A stretch of 64,000 nucleotides of DNA from Vicugna vicugna (Eukaryota). Below, piece by piece: positions 1 to 13,481 of this stretch. How positions within the stretch are numbered: position 1 is the stretch's first letter; each line of letters opens with the position of its first letter. A model generated the notes under the pieces. It searched no databases and had not been told where the DNA came from. It was given only the letters and a program-made list of their open reading frames with translations. Made by a program: the position numbers and the translations under genes. Location of the stretch: positions 7,855,009-7,919,008 of the forward strand of contig MU058781.1 of the NCBI GenBank assembly GCA_013265495.1. The letters are read 5' to 3'.

Positions 1-1014
1 GTTGGAATGACATGCAACTATGAGGTGGCTACTTAGTAAACTGGAGGTTCTGATCCAGAGTATAAATTCATAGAAAGGCATCTTCAGGTAAAGGGACAGA
101 CTATAACAAGTGGTGCTCCATGGGGGACCTGTACATCTTTCATTGCCTACATGAGGGAAATGAAAACACACGTTTAGGGATCTACTGAAGGATTTGATGG
201 CATTCATCCTACTTCAGAGGAATCTCATGCTGAGCGGATTTCATTCCATCAAGAAATAACTGGTAGAGAGGGCCTTGAATAGGCATGCCCTATACTTCTG
301 GCATTTAATAAAACCCAAATGGTAGCTGCAATAAAATTATTTTACTACTTCTCATTCAACAAAGACTAAAAGCATTCGAGGAATTCACAGGATATAATGT
401 CAGTTTTACAACGATGCCAGTATCAACGTCCAAGGGTTTAAACAATGTAAGTGGAGTCCAAACCCAAGCAAGGACAATGTTTATGCTGCAAAGTTGTGAC
501 ATCTCACTTAGGGGACAGCAATCTTGAACTTATATTCCTCTCCAAATGTAGAAGTAACCATGAAGACTTTCAATAGCTTCACTTAACAGAACTGCCCTTT
601 ATTATTTACAGCAACCCAAGGAAATGCTTTAACAAATGAGACAATGTTATTGTATACCAAAATGTGGAAGAGATTTCTAACAAAACAAAAACACACACAA
701 AAAAACAACTTTTGATAACACACAAGTACAGTTTTTATCAGGGGTTCTAAAATGACATGAAATCTAAATTGGTATTTCTGTTTAAGAAGGTAGACTAAGC
801 ATAGAGTGAAATGTCCTCCTTTTCCACAAAACTCATAGAAATGATAGAAAATTGATAAAGAAAAAGTATTAAATACATATTTATTCTAGGAAATCAAAGA
901 AGAGTATCTCCATCGACTAGGAAAATATACCTCAAAATAGGAAACAAAAAGGAAGCTACAGTGGTTAAAAAAAAAAAAAAGGCCAATGCTTTCAGAAGAT
1001 TATACTGCTATAAA

Positions 1015-1062
1015 TGCATATATATATGCACACATATATATGTATGTGTGTGCATGTGCGCA
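1015..1062. repeat. (TA)n/(TG)n compound microsatellite
   Basis: gcatatatatatgcacacatatatatgtatgtgtgtgcatgtgcgca. Confidence 0.85.
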
Positions 1063-1356
1063 TTTGCAGGAAAGATTTTATCAAACATACCAACTAGTTG
1101 TTTACATTCTAAGGGTCATTTAAAATTTGAACGTTAAGATTTGGATTAATGCTGCTACAAGGTGGTCTCCTAAGGAGGTGATTTAGAATCCATGATGAGC
1201 AGAGAAGTCATTTTTGGAAAATGGAAATACAGCAGCAAGACACTAAGCATATGGAAATTTAACATGTGAAGGAGGATTTATTTATGCATTAGTTTATTAG
1301 GATGCACTTATGGAAGAGTTTAAATGTGAAAGAACAGAAATAATGGAGTAATCTGA

Positions 1357-1724
1357 ATTTTTTTATTGAGTTATAGTCAGTATACAATGTTGTGTCAATT
1401 TCTGGTGTACAGCACAATTTTTCAGTCATACTTGAATATACATATATTCGTTTTCATATTCTTTTTCACCATGAGCTACTACAAGACCTTGAATATATTT
1501 CCCTATGCTATACAGTATAAACTTGTTTATCTATTCTATATATACCTGTCAGTATCAATAAATCTCAAACTCCCAGTCTGCCCCCTCCCACCCCCGTCCC
1601 CCTGGCAACCACAAGTTTGTATTCTATGTCTGTGAGTCTGTTTCTGTTTTATATTTAAGTTCATTTGTCGTCTTCTTTTTTTTTTTAAGTTCCACATATG
1701 AGTGATATCATAGGGTATTTTTTT
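1357..1724 (-). mobile_element. Young L1 3' UTR fragment (camelid/artiodactyl type)
   Basis: Poly-T start, then acaatgttgtgtcaatttctggtgtacagca ... ctggcaaccacaagtttgtattctatgtctgtgagtctg ... ttccacatatgagtgatatcata, a typical reverse-complemented L1 3' end. Confidence 0.9.
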
Positions 1725-1859
1725 GATATGTATATTTTGTATCCAGGAAGATAGTAAGTAAAGGTAGAAATAATTTTTTTTTATATAATATGGAAAATGT
1801 TGCTGTTGACTAATGCCTGACATATTAAGCATTCTATGAATGTTAGCCATTATGCTCTT

Positions 1860-1975
1860 TCACTACAATACTGGCTTCATGAAAGCAGAGAATATTGCTT
1901 TTTTACTTACTGCTATATTCTCCAGCACCTAGAAGAATTTCCTATACATATAGCAAAAACTGAACAATTAATTTT
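1860..1975 (+). mobile_element. L2 3' end fragment
   Basis: gcttcatgaaagcagaga...tactgctatattctccagcacctagaa resembles the L2 tail. Confidence 0.65.
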
Positions 1976-2549
1976 TAGATAAAAAAATTAATTAAGTAAT
2001 TGCACCTGTGAAAAATTAACAGTAGGTTACTAAACAAGAGTAGTGGTTATGAAACAAGAACAAGTTCTGATTTTTAAAAAACTAATTAGCTATCTTGGAT
2101 GTGAGAGAAATAATGGCTGCAATAAAAAATGAAAAGTTCACAATCAATGTATCACCAATGGTCACTGCTATGGGGGGGGCGTCTCCTTCTCACAATATGG
2201 GGTCACCTACTCACAGTAACTAGACCCTGGAAAAAACTTACTCTTGGAGCTATCGCTGGTCTTACACAAGGCAGGAGCGTTCTCCCAGGAAGCCCACGGA
2301 GAAACCAACATGCGCACAGGGGCTTGGGTTTCTGAGGCTGACATCTGACATGGGAGAGCTCAGGACTCACGTTAGGGACACAAAGGAATTTAGGGAAGGA
2401 AAACCAAGAGTTGAGGCCATGGAGTTGAAGAAATGTGCCAGAGAGAAGGGACTTAAAGCACTGGTGAGCCAGAGAGGCACTAGTATGGTGGAACTCTATG
2501 GTATGTAAGTCTGAGGGAAGGCAATCAGGTAAGTGTTCTAAAGTCCACA

Positions 2550-3930
2550 GATTGTTTAGGATGTAGATGAAGATATTGTTCAGCTTTAGATTTTATGTTT
2601 AATATGCACAGTAAAGGTTCAGTGCTAACCAGTATGAGAGATTAAAGGTAGAATTACAATTCTGAATGAGAGAAAAAAAATGAGGAAGAAAAAAAATGAA
2701 AAACAGTCAATCCAAAATTGGTAAAAGAAAAGAAAAATGGGGTAAGAAGACATTGACAGAAGAAGTTCATTATAATCAAGATAGCTAAACAGACTAAACT
2801 CAGAGGTTTAAGGAAAAAACAGTCACGTTGGATTTAATAAATATGTTAGTCCTGAAGGACTCACCCCAATTATGATCAAGTAATCAAGTCACAAAATTAC
2901 CAAAATCACTGCTATTAGCATCAGTAAGCATAAACAAGAAATAACAGATTTAGGTTCACAAAGACTGCAGATGTTTAACTTGTTGGCTGTATTTCATAGC
3001 TGCATAAAATGATTTAAAAAGTAAAATATTCGATATAAAGCTGAGTATTCAGCAAGGAACTACTGGCAATAGAAAAAATATTAGGATAAAAGGCTTCTTT
3101 TAGAAATGAAAAAATATATTTGTAGAAATCAAAAGTTCTATGGATAAGTTAAACATTGGTTTTATGCAATAAAGAATTGGTAAACTGAGAGCTCCAAAAA
3201 TCTGTGTCTGGAATACAGTAAAGAGGAATAAGGAGAAGGGAAAATATGAACAAGGAGTTAAGAGACACTGGAAAATAAAACGGTAAGGACCGATGTAAGT
3301 CCACCTGCAGCCGCACACAGACAGCTTGAAGGAAATGGAGGAAAAGCACTGTTATCTCTCAGAAAAGATGAAAACCATCAATCCTCAGATCTAGTCAGGA
3401 CAACCTGCCGCAAACAGGACGTACCAAAACAAATTCCCTAAGACATGTCTTAGTGAAACTAGAAGGTTCCAGGATAAAGGAAGTATCTCCAACAGCCCAA
3501 AAGAAAACACAAGATCACATCTTGTTTAGGATAAAGATTTTTTTCACATTTACATTCTGTTCTGTTAAATATGCATGATAAAATTTCAGTGGTAATCAAT
3601 ATGAGATTAAAAGTAGAGTGCATACATTAGAAGAAGAGAAAAAAAATTGAGGACGAAAAAAAAAAGACTAAAATTAAATCCCAAAATGGTAACGTGAAAG
3701 AAAAATGACACAAATAGAAAGAAATTGAAAAAATTCAAATATTTCAAGAATCAGGATAACCAAGTGGCTACATTCAGAATTAAAAAAAAAAATCAGTCAT
3801 GCTGGATTTAATGTCAGTTCTTTCATAGCTAAAGACAATGGTAGCTGTGGACTAATCACCCTCCCCAAATTTCCTTCCCAAAATATAATGAAACAATTAC
3901 ACAAGCAGGAAAACGCTACACAACACTGTG
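2550..3930 (+). mobile_element. Old L1M/HAL1 ORF1 and inter-ORF fragments
   Basis: A-rich degenerate ORF1-like sequence (gtagaaatcaaaagttctatggataagttaaac; atcctcagat...cttagtgaaact). Confidence 0.6.
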
Positions 3931-3940
3931 CCCTTGCTGT

Positions 3941-4312
3941 TTATACCAGTCCGCTGGGACTGCCATGACAACTCCACAGACGGGGTGGTTTAAACAACAG
4001 AAGTGGCTTCTCCTAGTTCTAGAGGCTGGAAGTCCAAGAACAAGGTCTGGCGGGGTTCATTTGGAGGTGAGAACGCTCCTCCTGGTTTGCAGACAGCTGC
4101 TCGGTCCTCACAGGACTTTCCCTCTGAGCACACGGGGAGAGAGAGGTATCTCTCTGGGTGTCTCTTCGCCTAGCGATACTGATCCCATGGTATCAGGACC
4201 CACCAATATGGCCTCATTTAACCTTAACTACTTCCTCACTTCAAAATACAGCCACACTAGGGGGTTAGGGCTTCATATATGAAACTGGGAAAACACCTCT
4301 TTTCAGCCTGTA
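3941..4312 (-). mobile_element. MaLR LTR (MLT1A/B-like)
   Basis: ctgccatgacaactccacagac...ttaaacaacagaa...gttctagaggctggaagtccaaga...gcctcatttaaccttaactacttc. Confidence 0.85.
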
Positions 4313-5390
4313 ACATTCCACTCCAGCCCCACCCAAATTCATGCCTTCTCCCATGCAAAGTACATTCATTCCATCCCAATAGCCCCAGACATTTTCATTC
4401 ATTTCAGCATCAATTCTAAATATCACACAAATATCAAATATCTAAATATTACCTAAATATCATACAAATCAGATATGGATGAGACTCAAGGTATGATTCA
4501 TCCAGAGATAAAATTCCTCTCCAGCTGTGAACCTGTGAAACCGGACAAGTTACATGTTTCCAAAATACAACGGTGGGACGTTCTTATTCCAAAAGGGAGC
4601 AATTGGGAAGAAGAAACAAAACCTAGCCAGGCAGATTTCCATCAGATCTTAAGGCTCAAGAATAATCCTTTGATTTGATGCTCTGCTCTTTCAGACCCAC
4701 TGGAGTGACAGTCTTACCCTCAAGGCTCTGTGAGGGCGGCCCCACCCCCGAGGCACTGGGGTCTCGGCCCTGGGAAGTAAAGAGGCCCAGTGCTTTGGAA
4801 CTGGGGAGGAACTAGCCCTACCCACTGTGACACTGTGTAGTGTCAGCTCTGTTGATCTCTGAATCATCCTGGGGTCATTCTTCCTTTTTTCTGAAGGATG
4901 ATGTAAGTTTGCATGGGGACAGCTTTACTGTCTGCTCCTACAGAATCCAGGATGTCTGACAGCCATCTTTTATTACGTCCCATTTTTTCTGTCCCTTTTA
5001 GTTAACAAGCTGGCAGTGTTTCTGCTGATACAATCTCATCTCTACTCCTGGCTTCTTTTGAGATGGCTGATTACACTCATGGTTCACACCCATCCTAACC
5101 CTTATCAATCAATTGTTCAGCCACACCATTAGCTGTCTCTTCACCACCAGCTTTCTCACGTTTTGCAATATGGAGAAGCTGGGGTATCTTCCAAATCTTC
5201 AAGTTCTGGTTCCCTTCTGCTTAACAATTCCTTCAGTGTAACTCACTTGTTACTATAAGCAGTCAGGAGGATCCAGTCCCCACTGTCAACATTTTGCTTA
5301 AAAGTCTGCTAAATACTCAATTTCATCACTCATAAATTCTACTTTCCACAAAACCATAGAACACAATTCAGCCAAGTTCTTTGGCACTGG
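4313..5390 (-). mobile_element. MaLR internal sequence (MLT1-int)
   Basis: ccaaattcatgccttctcccatgcaaagtacattcattccatcccaatagcccc; gagactcaaggtatgattcatccagag; cacaattcagccaagttctttg; directly follows the LTR. Confidence 0.75.
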
Positions 5391-5676
5391 ATTGCCTTTC
5401 AGGGCAGAGGGAGGCAGGGAGGGGGAGGCTGATGTCCCAGTTCTAAGGCCCTCAGGCAGAAAAAAGTTTTCTCTTATTCAGGGGAGGGTCAGCTTTGTTC
5501 TATTTAGGCCTTCAACTGATTGCGTAAGTCCCACCCATAGTAGAGAAAACAATCTGCTTTATTCAGTCTATGGATTTAAATGCTAATTTCATGTAAAAAT
5601 ATGTCCACAGAAATGCCCAGAAGGGTGTTTACCAAGTATCTGGGCACCCCGTGGTCTAGTCAAGTTCACCATCACA
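5391..5676 (-). mobile_element. ERVL LTR fragment (MLT2B-like)
   Basis: gttctatttaggccttcaactgattg...cccacccata...aatctgctttattcagtctatggatttaaatgctaat...tctgggcaccccgtggtctagtcaagtt. Confidence 0.85.
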
Positions 5677-5859
5677 CTATTACCTAAAGGCAGAGAATGC
5701 TGAAATTGCAAAATAACTGAAGGTATAAAAAGAAAATTTACCAAATCTCAGTGTGCAACCTCTTATACTACCTCTCCACTGCCCCCAGCTACAAGGCCTC
5801 GCGGTAGACAAAGGCAGACCAAGGGAAAACAAACAACCTTGTACAGAAAATTTCCATGG

Positions 5860-7660
5860 AAGAAACAGAGAAAATTAGAAGGAACTACCCTACAAAAAGC
5901 ACCAGACCTAGATGGTTTCACAACATTACTCCACCAAATCCTCAAACATCAGACAATCCCAATGCTGTAGGAGTTATTCAAGAGTACTGACAAGGAAGGA
6001 AGAGTCTCCAAATCCTTTTTTGAAGTAAATATGATACAAATTGATAGCCCAGATAAAGATTGTGCAAAAAACCAAAGACCAATATCGCTAGTGAATATCA
6101 GTGAAAATACACTAAAACAAAATACTAACACACAGACTCCAACATCACTTTAAGCTAGTAATATGCAATATAGTAACAGTTTTTGTTCCTGGATTATAAA
6201 TTGACTCACTATTATAAAATATATTAATATCATCTATCATACCAATAAACATGAGGAAAACATGATTATCTCCATAGATGCTGACAAAACATTTGACCAA
6301 ATTCAACAATCATTCATTACTTAAATACTCAAGAAATAGGAATTGAGAGACATTTGCATAATGTAATAACATCTCTGTCAATCTAGATAAAGATAGAAAT
6401 ACAGATAGAAATACTTAAATCCAGAAGCCAGAATCTTATTTAATAGGAAAACAACTAGATTAGGGGCAAGGCAATGATTCTATCTCTAGTCTATCTCCAG
6501 TGCTATTCAACACTGTACTAGATTAGTATCAACCAACGTGATTAGACAAGAAAAAGCAATCAGCGGCATAAGATTAAGTAAAGAGGTACTATCTCTGTTT
6601 GCAGATATTATACCTGTAAACTCCCAGAGAATCAATGACAAAATTAAACTGTAAAAGAGTTAAGTAACATGCAGGAATATAAAATCAGTAGCCTTCATGT
6701 ACACAAACAATAAATAGAGACCATACAGTAGAGAGAACCAAAATAGAGGAGATTAAATACTTAGGATCAAATTTAACAAGAAATACGCAAAACCTATCTG
6801 ATGATAACTTTAAGTCATTTCTGAAAGACACAAAAGTAGGTTTAAAAAGTGAAGAGCCACTCCCTTTTCTTGGATATGTGATGACTCAGCATCGTGAAGA
6901 CATCAGTTCTCCCTAAATTAATTTATAAATTCAATGCAATCTCAATAAAGATACCGAAGAGAGATTATAAGCAGTTATGTAAATTGATACTAAAGTTTAC
7001 ATGGAAGAGAAATGCAAGATTAGCCAGAGAAACAGTGAAAAAGCAAAACTATGAGAAAGGATCAGCCCTGTCAAATAATAAAACATACTATAAAGACTGT
7101 AACTAAAACAGGCGGAGCTGGCACATAAACAGGCAAGTAAATTAGTGGAACAGAATATAGAAAGTCTAGAAATAAACCTAAATATACATGGAAATGCAGT
7201 ATCTGATAAAGGTGGCATCTCAAATCATAGTGGGTAATAATGGACACTTTTAGAAATGGTTCTTTGATAAATGGATAGTCATCTGGGCAAAAAATGTAAT
7301 TAGACCCCTATTTCACACAGTATACAAGAATAAACTGGAACTGAATTAGGGATCTAAATATAAAAAAAAATGAAACCAAACAGGTACTAGAAAAAGGCAT
7401 GGGTAATTCCTCTTTAACCTTGGTATGTGGGAAGGCTTTCTAACTGTGACTCAAAATCCAAAGGTAATAAAAGAAAAACTTGATGAATTTAATGCATTTT
7501 TAAAAAAAATTCTAAGAGAGAAAACATCATAAACAAAGTCAAAAGACAACTTAAAAACTGGGGGGGGGGAGGGGGGATTTACAATTTATATCACAAAGGG
7601 CTAATATCCCCAATACAGAAAGACACTAAAAATGGGAGAGACAAAAGCCTAAAACTTTTA
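5860..7660 (+). mobile_element. Old L1 ORF2 (RT to C-terminal) remnant
   Basis: gcaccagacctagatggtttcac; catgattatctccatagatgctgacaaaacatttgaccaaattcaaca; ORF 6894-7106 LPKLIYKFNAISIKIP matches L1 ORF2; many stops and frameshifts. Confidence 0.9.
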
Positions 7661-7689
7661 TTAGACAGACATATATGAATAAAATATAA

Positions 7690-9040
7690 TTATTTGTCCA
7701 CCAAATGCTTTGACTATCTTTTAGCTTAATTTTAGCAACTTAACTATAATGGCTTAAAAGTTGTTTTCTCATCCTTCATCCTGCTTGGGGTTTGCTAAGA
7801 ATCATGGACCCATGGGGTGATTTTTTTTCACTTAAATATGGAATATTTTCAGGTAATATTTTTCAAATGACTCTTTTTCTGGGACTCCATTTACACTAAT
7901 TTTAGATTTTTTTTCATATAGTCCAATGGATCATTAACACTTTTTTTTCTTAATTATTATTTTTAAATCTCTGTGCTTCAGTTTGGATAATTTCTATTTA
8001 CCTCATCTCAGCTTCACAAATCCTTTCTTCTGTAGTTTCTCTTCTGATATTAATCCCATCTAGGAAATTTTTGTTTTTAGATATTGTTTTCAATTCCAGA
8101 ATTTCATTTTGGTTCCTTTTTGAGATTCCATGTCTCTCCTGAAAATATCTATTTCCTCATCTACTATATCCACACTTTCATGTATTTTTTAAAAAATATT
8201 TAGTACGGTTATTGTCTGCTAATTCAACATGTGGATTCTCTCTCTTCCCCTCTCTGCTTAGTAATTTTTTATTGTACACTAGACATTGTGAATGCTATGT
8301 TATAAAAATTCTGGATTATGTTATCATACTCCAAAAACTGTTGGTTTTTTCCTAGTAGACAGTTAAATTACTGGCAGACCACCTTGATCTTGTGGAGATT
8401 TGGCATTAAGTTTTATTAAAGCAGGTCTATTTTAGTTTTGTCTGTCTCTCTTAGTCATTGGCCTTTTGAGGTTTCCCTGAATAGTCCAAGTTGTGTATCA
8501 AGCATCTCTAACCTGAAAGGATTTTAACTCTAAATTCTGCCTTCTCAGCTGTGGACAGCTGTTGAAATCTGTGCTCATCCCTTTCAGCTTTCTAGCTGTT
8601 GTTGATTCTAGGGCTATTCTGAGTCTTACTCCATGTCCATGCAATACAGGAGTCAGCCAAGAACTTGATAGACGTTTGTGTGCAAATCTGGAGCTCCCCC
8701 AAACTGTGGCTCCCTCCTTTCTAGGATTTACCGCATCAATTTCCAGTTGGTGTAACAATGCCTAACTCTGACCTGTGATTTCTTATCCTAATAAGACCGC
8801 TGGTTTCTTCCTGAGCTCTATCCTTGACTGTCATGTGAATGGAGGAGTGCCCTGGGAAGAAGAGTCAGATGATGTGGATGTCACCACTATAGTTACTTTC
8901 TTTAAAAGGTTGTATCTTACCCAGTTTATGTCTGTCTTCTGTCTTTCCCAGTGCTTTCTAACACACTTATAATTCTTAGCAGCAGGAGGGTTAGTCTCAT
9001 ACAAGCTACTCTGCCATTACTGAAAGCCAGAAGTCCTGGG
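7690..9040 (-). mobile_element. Old L1M/HAL1 5'/ORF1 region
   Basis: T-rich; ctgtgcttcagtttggataatttctatt...ctttcttctg...ttcaattccagaatttcattttggttc. Confidence 0.7.
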
Positions 9041-9432
9041 TTAATAATGAATATTTCAAGCAGTCCTAAAAATTAGTAAGATAAAGAACAAATACAACAG
9101 AAAAAAATCTTACATATAGTCAATTGGACATTTATCAGGAGAGAAAAATGTGAGAAACAAATGTATCAAAGAACGCTCAACCTCATTAGTAATTAGGGAA
9201 ATGTAAATCAAGATCACAATGAGATATTGGTTTACATCCATTTGATTGACAAAAACTAAGAAAGTAGACAATACAAAATGGTAGAAAGAATATGGATCAA
9301 AAGAACGTCATGTATTTCTGGTAAAAATGTAAACTGGAAAAGACTATCAGTCAATGTCTTATAAATCTGAATATTCACATATTCTCTGACCTAGGCATTT
9401 CCATTTCTGTTCTAAAGAAACTCTTAAACACG

Positions 9433-9885
9433 TTGTAACAGATTTTCCATGGTCATTTTAGCATTTTCCCCACTCTGTTCTATACTTTCTCCTATATAGG
9501 AGAGAAATAGCATAGAAACTGTATTTCCCAGATGTCTTGCCAACAGAATCGTGGGTTATGTGATACCAGTGAGAATCATGTCTATGAAATTAGAAAAGCA
9601 AAAAAGGAGGAGAAGCCATGGTTTCCAGCAGCACTGTAAGCAAAGCAGGGAGCACTGGTAGGGAACAGAAATGAGGTTTTACCAGGGGCTTTTGATAATT
9701 CTCCTGAAAACAGCCCACTTCACTACTGCAAGCCACTGAGATCATTGGTGGTGGCTTTCCTGAACTCTGAGGTTTCCTGAAAGTCAGGAGTGGTCCCTCT
9801 GACTTCTTTCCATGTCCTTCAAACAATGTGTAGTAAGCTCCTAATACCCTGTGTTAGATTCCTTTCTACTCAATATACATTGAGT
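9433..9885 (+). mobile_element. Ancient ERVL LTR (LTR33-like)
   Basis: actgtatttcccagatgtcttgc near the start; ctcctaataccctgtgttagattcctttctact near the end. Confidence 0.55.
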
Positions 9886-9889
9886 ATTT

Positions 9890-10030
9890 AATTTTTAAAA
9901 TTATTTTTATTGTAGTTGATTTACAATATTCTATTAGCTTCAGGTGTACAGCATAGTGATTCAGTATTTTTAGATTTATTCTATTAAATGTTATTACAAG
10001 ATAATGCCTATAATTCCCAGCCCTATACAA
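9890..10030 (-). mobile_element. L1 extreme 3' end (artiodactyl type)
   Basis: tagttgatttacaatattctattagcttcaggtgtacagcatagtgattcagtattttt. Confidence 0.85.
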
Positions 10031-10549
10031 TATAAAACTGAAGTAAATGCCATCAACCCAAGAGTAAGTTGTAGTACGTACATATAAGAAAATACTATAC
10101 AGTAGTAAAATAAGTGACCTGCAGGTACATCACCAACATGGATAAATCTTAATAACGAATAAAAAGACAGTCCCAGAAGATTATATAAACAAGTATCCTT
10201 TAAATAAGGCACAAAAATAAGGAAAACTAAATCGTTTATTTTAGGCATATACTTCTGTGTGTGATCAAACTTCTTAAAAAGTAACTGAAAAATGAACAAA
10301 GTTTAGGACATTTGGTGGAAGAAACGGCCACAAGAGAGACATACAGGCATATGAAGTTACTTGGCATGTTTCAATTATTGACTTTGGTGGCATATTCATG
10401 GATATCCACTGTATTATAGAAGTAAATAAATGCTACATAAGTTAAATGTAAAATGACCCTGGCTAAAGCAATGATGTTAATGTGCCATGAACCAAGGATT
10501 AACACTAACCCAATTTTGTGTACCCAAATTCTTAAAATAAAACCTCAGT

Positions 10550-12920
10550 ATGTGGTCTTAATAGCTGGAGAGTAGATCAGTCACTAATACAACTGAACTG
10601 AAGAATTATCCCAAAATGTAGCACAGAAAGATAAAAAGATGAAAACCCACAGGAAAATACAAAACATTTGGAACAGACACCCCAAATTTAATATTCCTCT
10701 AATAATATTTCCAGAAGAAAATAACAGAAAGAACGAAAGGGAAGCAACAGTAGAAAAAACAACAGAAAATTATATCCCCGAACTAGGGAAAAATACAGGA
10801 GTCTTTAGGCTGACAGTACTCACCAGGTGATAAGAAGGAAGATAAATGTAAAACCTCACTACAAATACGATAAGCACGAACATAACAATAAAGAGAAAAA
10901 TCGTGAAATCTCCCAAAGAGGAAAGAAAAATCAGATTCAAAAATAATACTTCAGAATGACCAAATTCCCTGTCAGTACCACAGAATGCAAGAATGCAATG
11001 GAAAAATGTTTCTAAACCTGACAGAAAAAAACTTTCAACCTGGAATTCAATACACAATGAAATTTCAAAAGTAAAAGCAAACTATTCAAGAGTAAACATT
11101 TTAAAAAGGTATTTTAATATGTTTAAGCCTTCAGAAATTTTACTACCTATTGACTCTTGCAGAGTTAACTCATAAAGGATATATTCTAACAAGAAGAAAA
11201 AGTAATCTGCAGAAGAATTTAGATTTAAAAAGTACAGTGAGAAGCAACTTATACACAGTAAAATCTATCAGTAACAGCTGAATAACTAGTATGATAAACA
11301 AAAAGACTTTGATAAGTGAAATTAAGATTCCAGATAAGAGTATGGGGTTACTGGGGTTTTGGGTGAGTGGAACCCCAGAATAAAAAATATTCTAACATTT
11401 TTATCTTCTTTGAGGGGATGAGAAAAGTAACTGAATAATAACAGACTTTATCAAAAAACTCTAATAAGTTTATTTATGTGTGTTAAAAATGTAAACGTAA
11501 CAATAGAAGCACAGAAATTGAAAGCATAGCTTTTTTAACCAATAGATGAAAAAATAGAGTAAATAAATCTTGAACAATTCAACAGGAGGCAAGAGGAGAA
11601 AAAGATATGAAACAATGAGAAGGCAAGGTAAATAGAAAACACATGGGAAAAGAAACTAGACGCAAGCCTAAAGATCTTAATGACCAAAGAAAATGTGCAC
11701 ACCTTCTTAAGAGACAGAGACTCTCAGAATGGATAAAACACTATGCAATTATAGGCAGTTTACAAAATACATACACCTTAAACAAGAGGAATTAGAGGGG
11801 CTGAAAATAAAGGAATGGAAAAAAAACAAACCAGGCAAGCACTAACAACAACAAAAAGAAGATATAAAGATATTACAGCTGTCTAAATAGAATCCAAGAA
11901 ACACAGAGACATTCATGTCAATAAATGGAAAAAAGTATTAATGAGATATAAACTTTTGAACTTGCATGAACCTAAATAAAGCTTAAAACATACATAAAGC
12001 AAAACCTGATAGAAACACAAAGAAACAGACAAACCTGTAATGACAGTACATGTCTCTCATATACTGACAGATCAAGCACACAAAAAAGCGACGGTGTGGA
12101 AGATTTGAATGTAACAAACACGTTTGATGCAACAGATTTGTACAGAACTTTGCATCCAGAAACCAAGAATGTACATTCTTTTCGAACACAAAAACTCCAT
12201 TTACAAACATGTTCTAGACCCAAAGGGACGTCTCCACAAATACCACACTATTAGTGCCAAAATGGCCACGTTCACAAACAGTAAAATTAGAAGTCAACAG
12301 AAGACAACCCTCTCCTCCCAACTTCACGTATCTGGGAAGTCCACCCCCCAACATTTAACTGATTAATGAGTTAATAAGCAGGAAAACAAAATGGAAATTG
12401 CAAAATATTTAATAATGTGAAAAATAGTAATATTTCAAAGCCAGTGGGATAAGGACAATGTGGTTCTCAGAGGAGAATTTATAAACTTTAAATTATTTCT
12501 TAAAAACAAGAGAGATTAAATAAGTCAACTTTTTTACAGAATATGCTAGAAAAGTAATAATAAAATAACCCCAATGGGAAGAAATCAACATAAAACCCCC
12601 AAATGATTATAAGCATACACAAAAATTAGAATTGACTATAAAAAACACCATGCCTCATTTAAAACACTAATACTTTTAGGAGTATATTAAAAGAAAAAAT
12701 GAAATAATAACAATAACAAAGTTCAAAATAAACCACAAGTAATAAATGTAGCTACAAATTAAAATATTCTTAATTTTTAAATTGTGGCACAACACTTCAA
12801 AATTACCAATAAACTTGAAAACCTGGATGAAACGAACAATTTTCTAGACAAATATAAAGTACCAACAAGAAGCAGAAAACCTGAATAGAATTAACACAGC
12901 ATAAAATGAAAAAAAAAAAA
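10550..12920 (+). mobile_element. Old L1 ORF1 / inter-ORF / ORF2 endonuclease remnant
   Basis: aactgaagaattatcccaaaatgtagcacagaaagat (ORF1); agacagagactctcagaatggataaaa; gatttgtacagaactttgcatcca; aacttgaaaacctggatgaaacgaacaattttctaga. Confidence 0.8.
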
Positions 12921-13481
12921 TTGGCCATTGTTCTAGTGTCCCAGTGTTACTGGTATCATGTCAAACAAGATTTTATCTACTTAAATACACTTAACCTGGC
13001 ACTGTACTAATTTCTAGTGGTAAGATTTTGCTGACACTAAAATGATCCATGAACTGGAACTTAAACAGCCCCCATATTCCAAGCATATAGACAACACTGG
13101 GTTGTTCTTACATATACAACAGACTTTACTAATTTTGTTTTTTGGGTTTTTTTTAATTAAAAACTATGACAATGGAGGTAATAAAGGAACTGCCTTCACA
13201 ACCAGCAATATTCTTAATCACACTAAATTTATCATTTCCTTTGCTTTGGAACTGTTTATTACCTCACAGAGCCTATGTTTTTAAAGTTTCCAGATATAAT
13301 AACAAATGCCTAAGTTGTGCTTGATGAGGAAATTTTAAGAGAATAAATTTGTAGAAACATATGGAAAAGCCCCTCCTTTTAGTATTCCAGGTACCTAAAG
13401 AGTGCGTGAGTGAGAGACAGAGAGGTAAAAGTAACTTTCTTAAACTACAGTTAATAATAAGTCATTTACCCTGACAATCAC

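Larger units (their letters stand above)
9050..10450 (+). mobile_element. L1ME-like 3' region, interrupted by an LTR and a younger L1 tail
   Basis: gctcaacctcattagtaattagggaaatgtaaatcaagatcacaatgagata before the interruption; resumes at ~10035 with aatgccatcaac...catcaccaacatggataaatct. Confidence 0.75.

Noticed and set aside
2214..2225. 12-nt minus-strand microexon GGTCTAGTTACT (ttttttccag / gtgagt)
   Set aside because: Very short pyrimidine tract with another donor-like gtaagt about 15 nt upstream, no clear branch point, and a possibly repeat-derived context.
6894..7106. ORF with real protein similarity
   Set aside because: It is a dead L1 ORF2 fragment, not a host gene.
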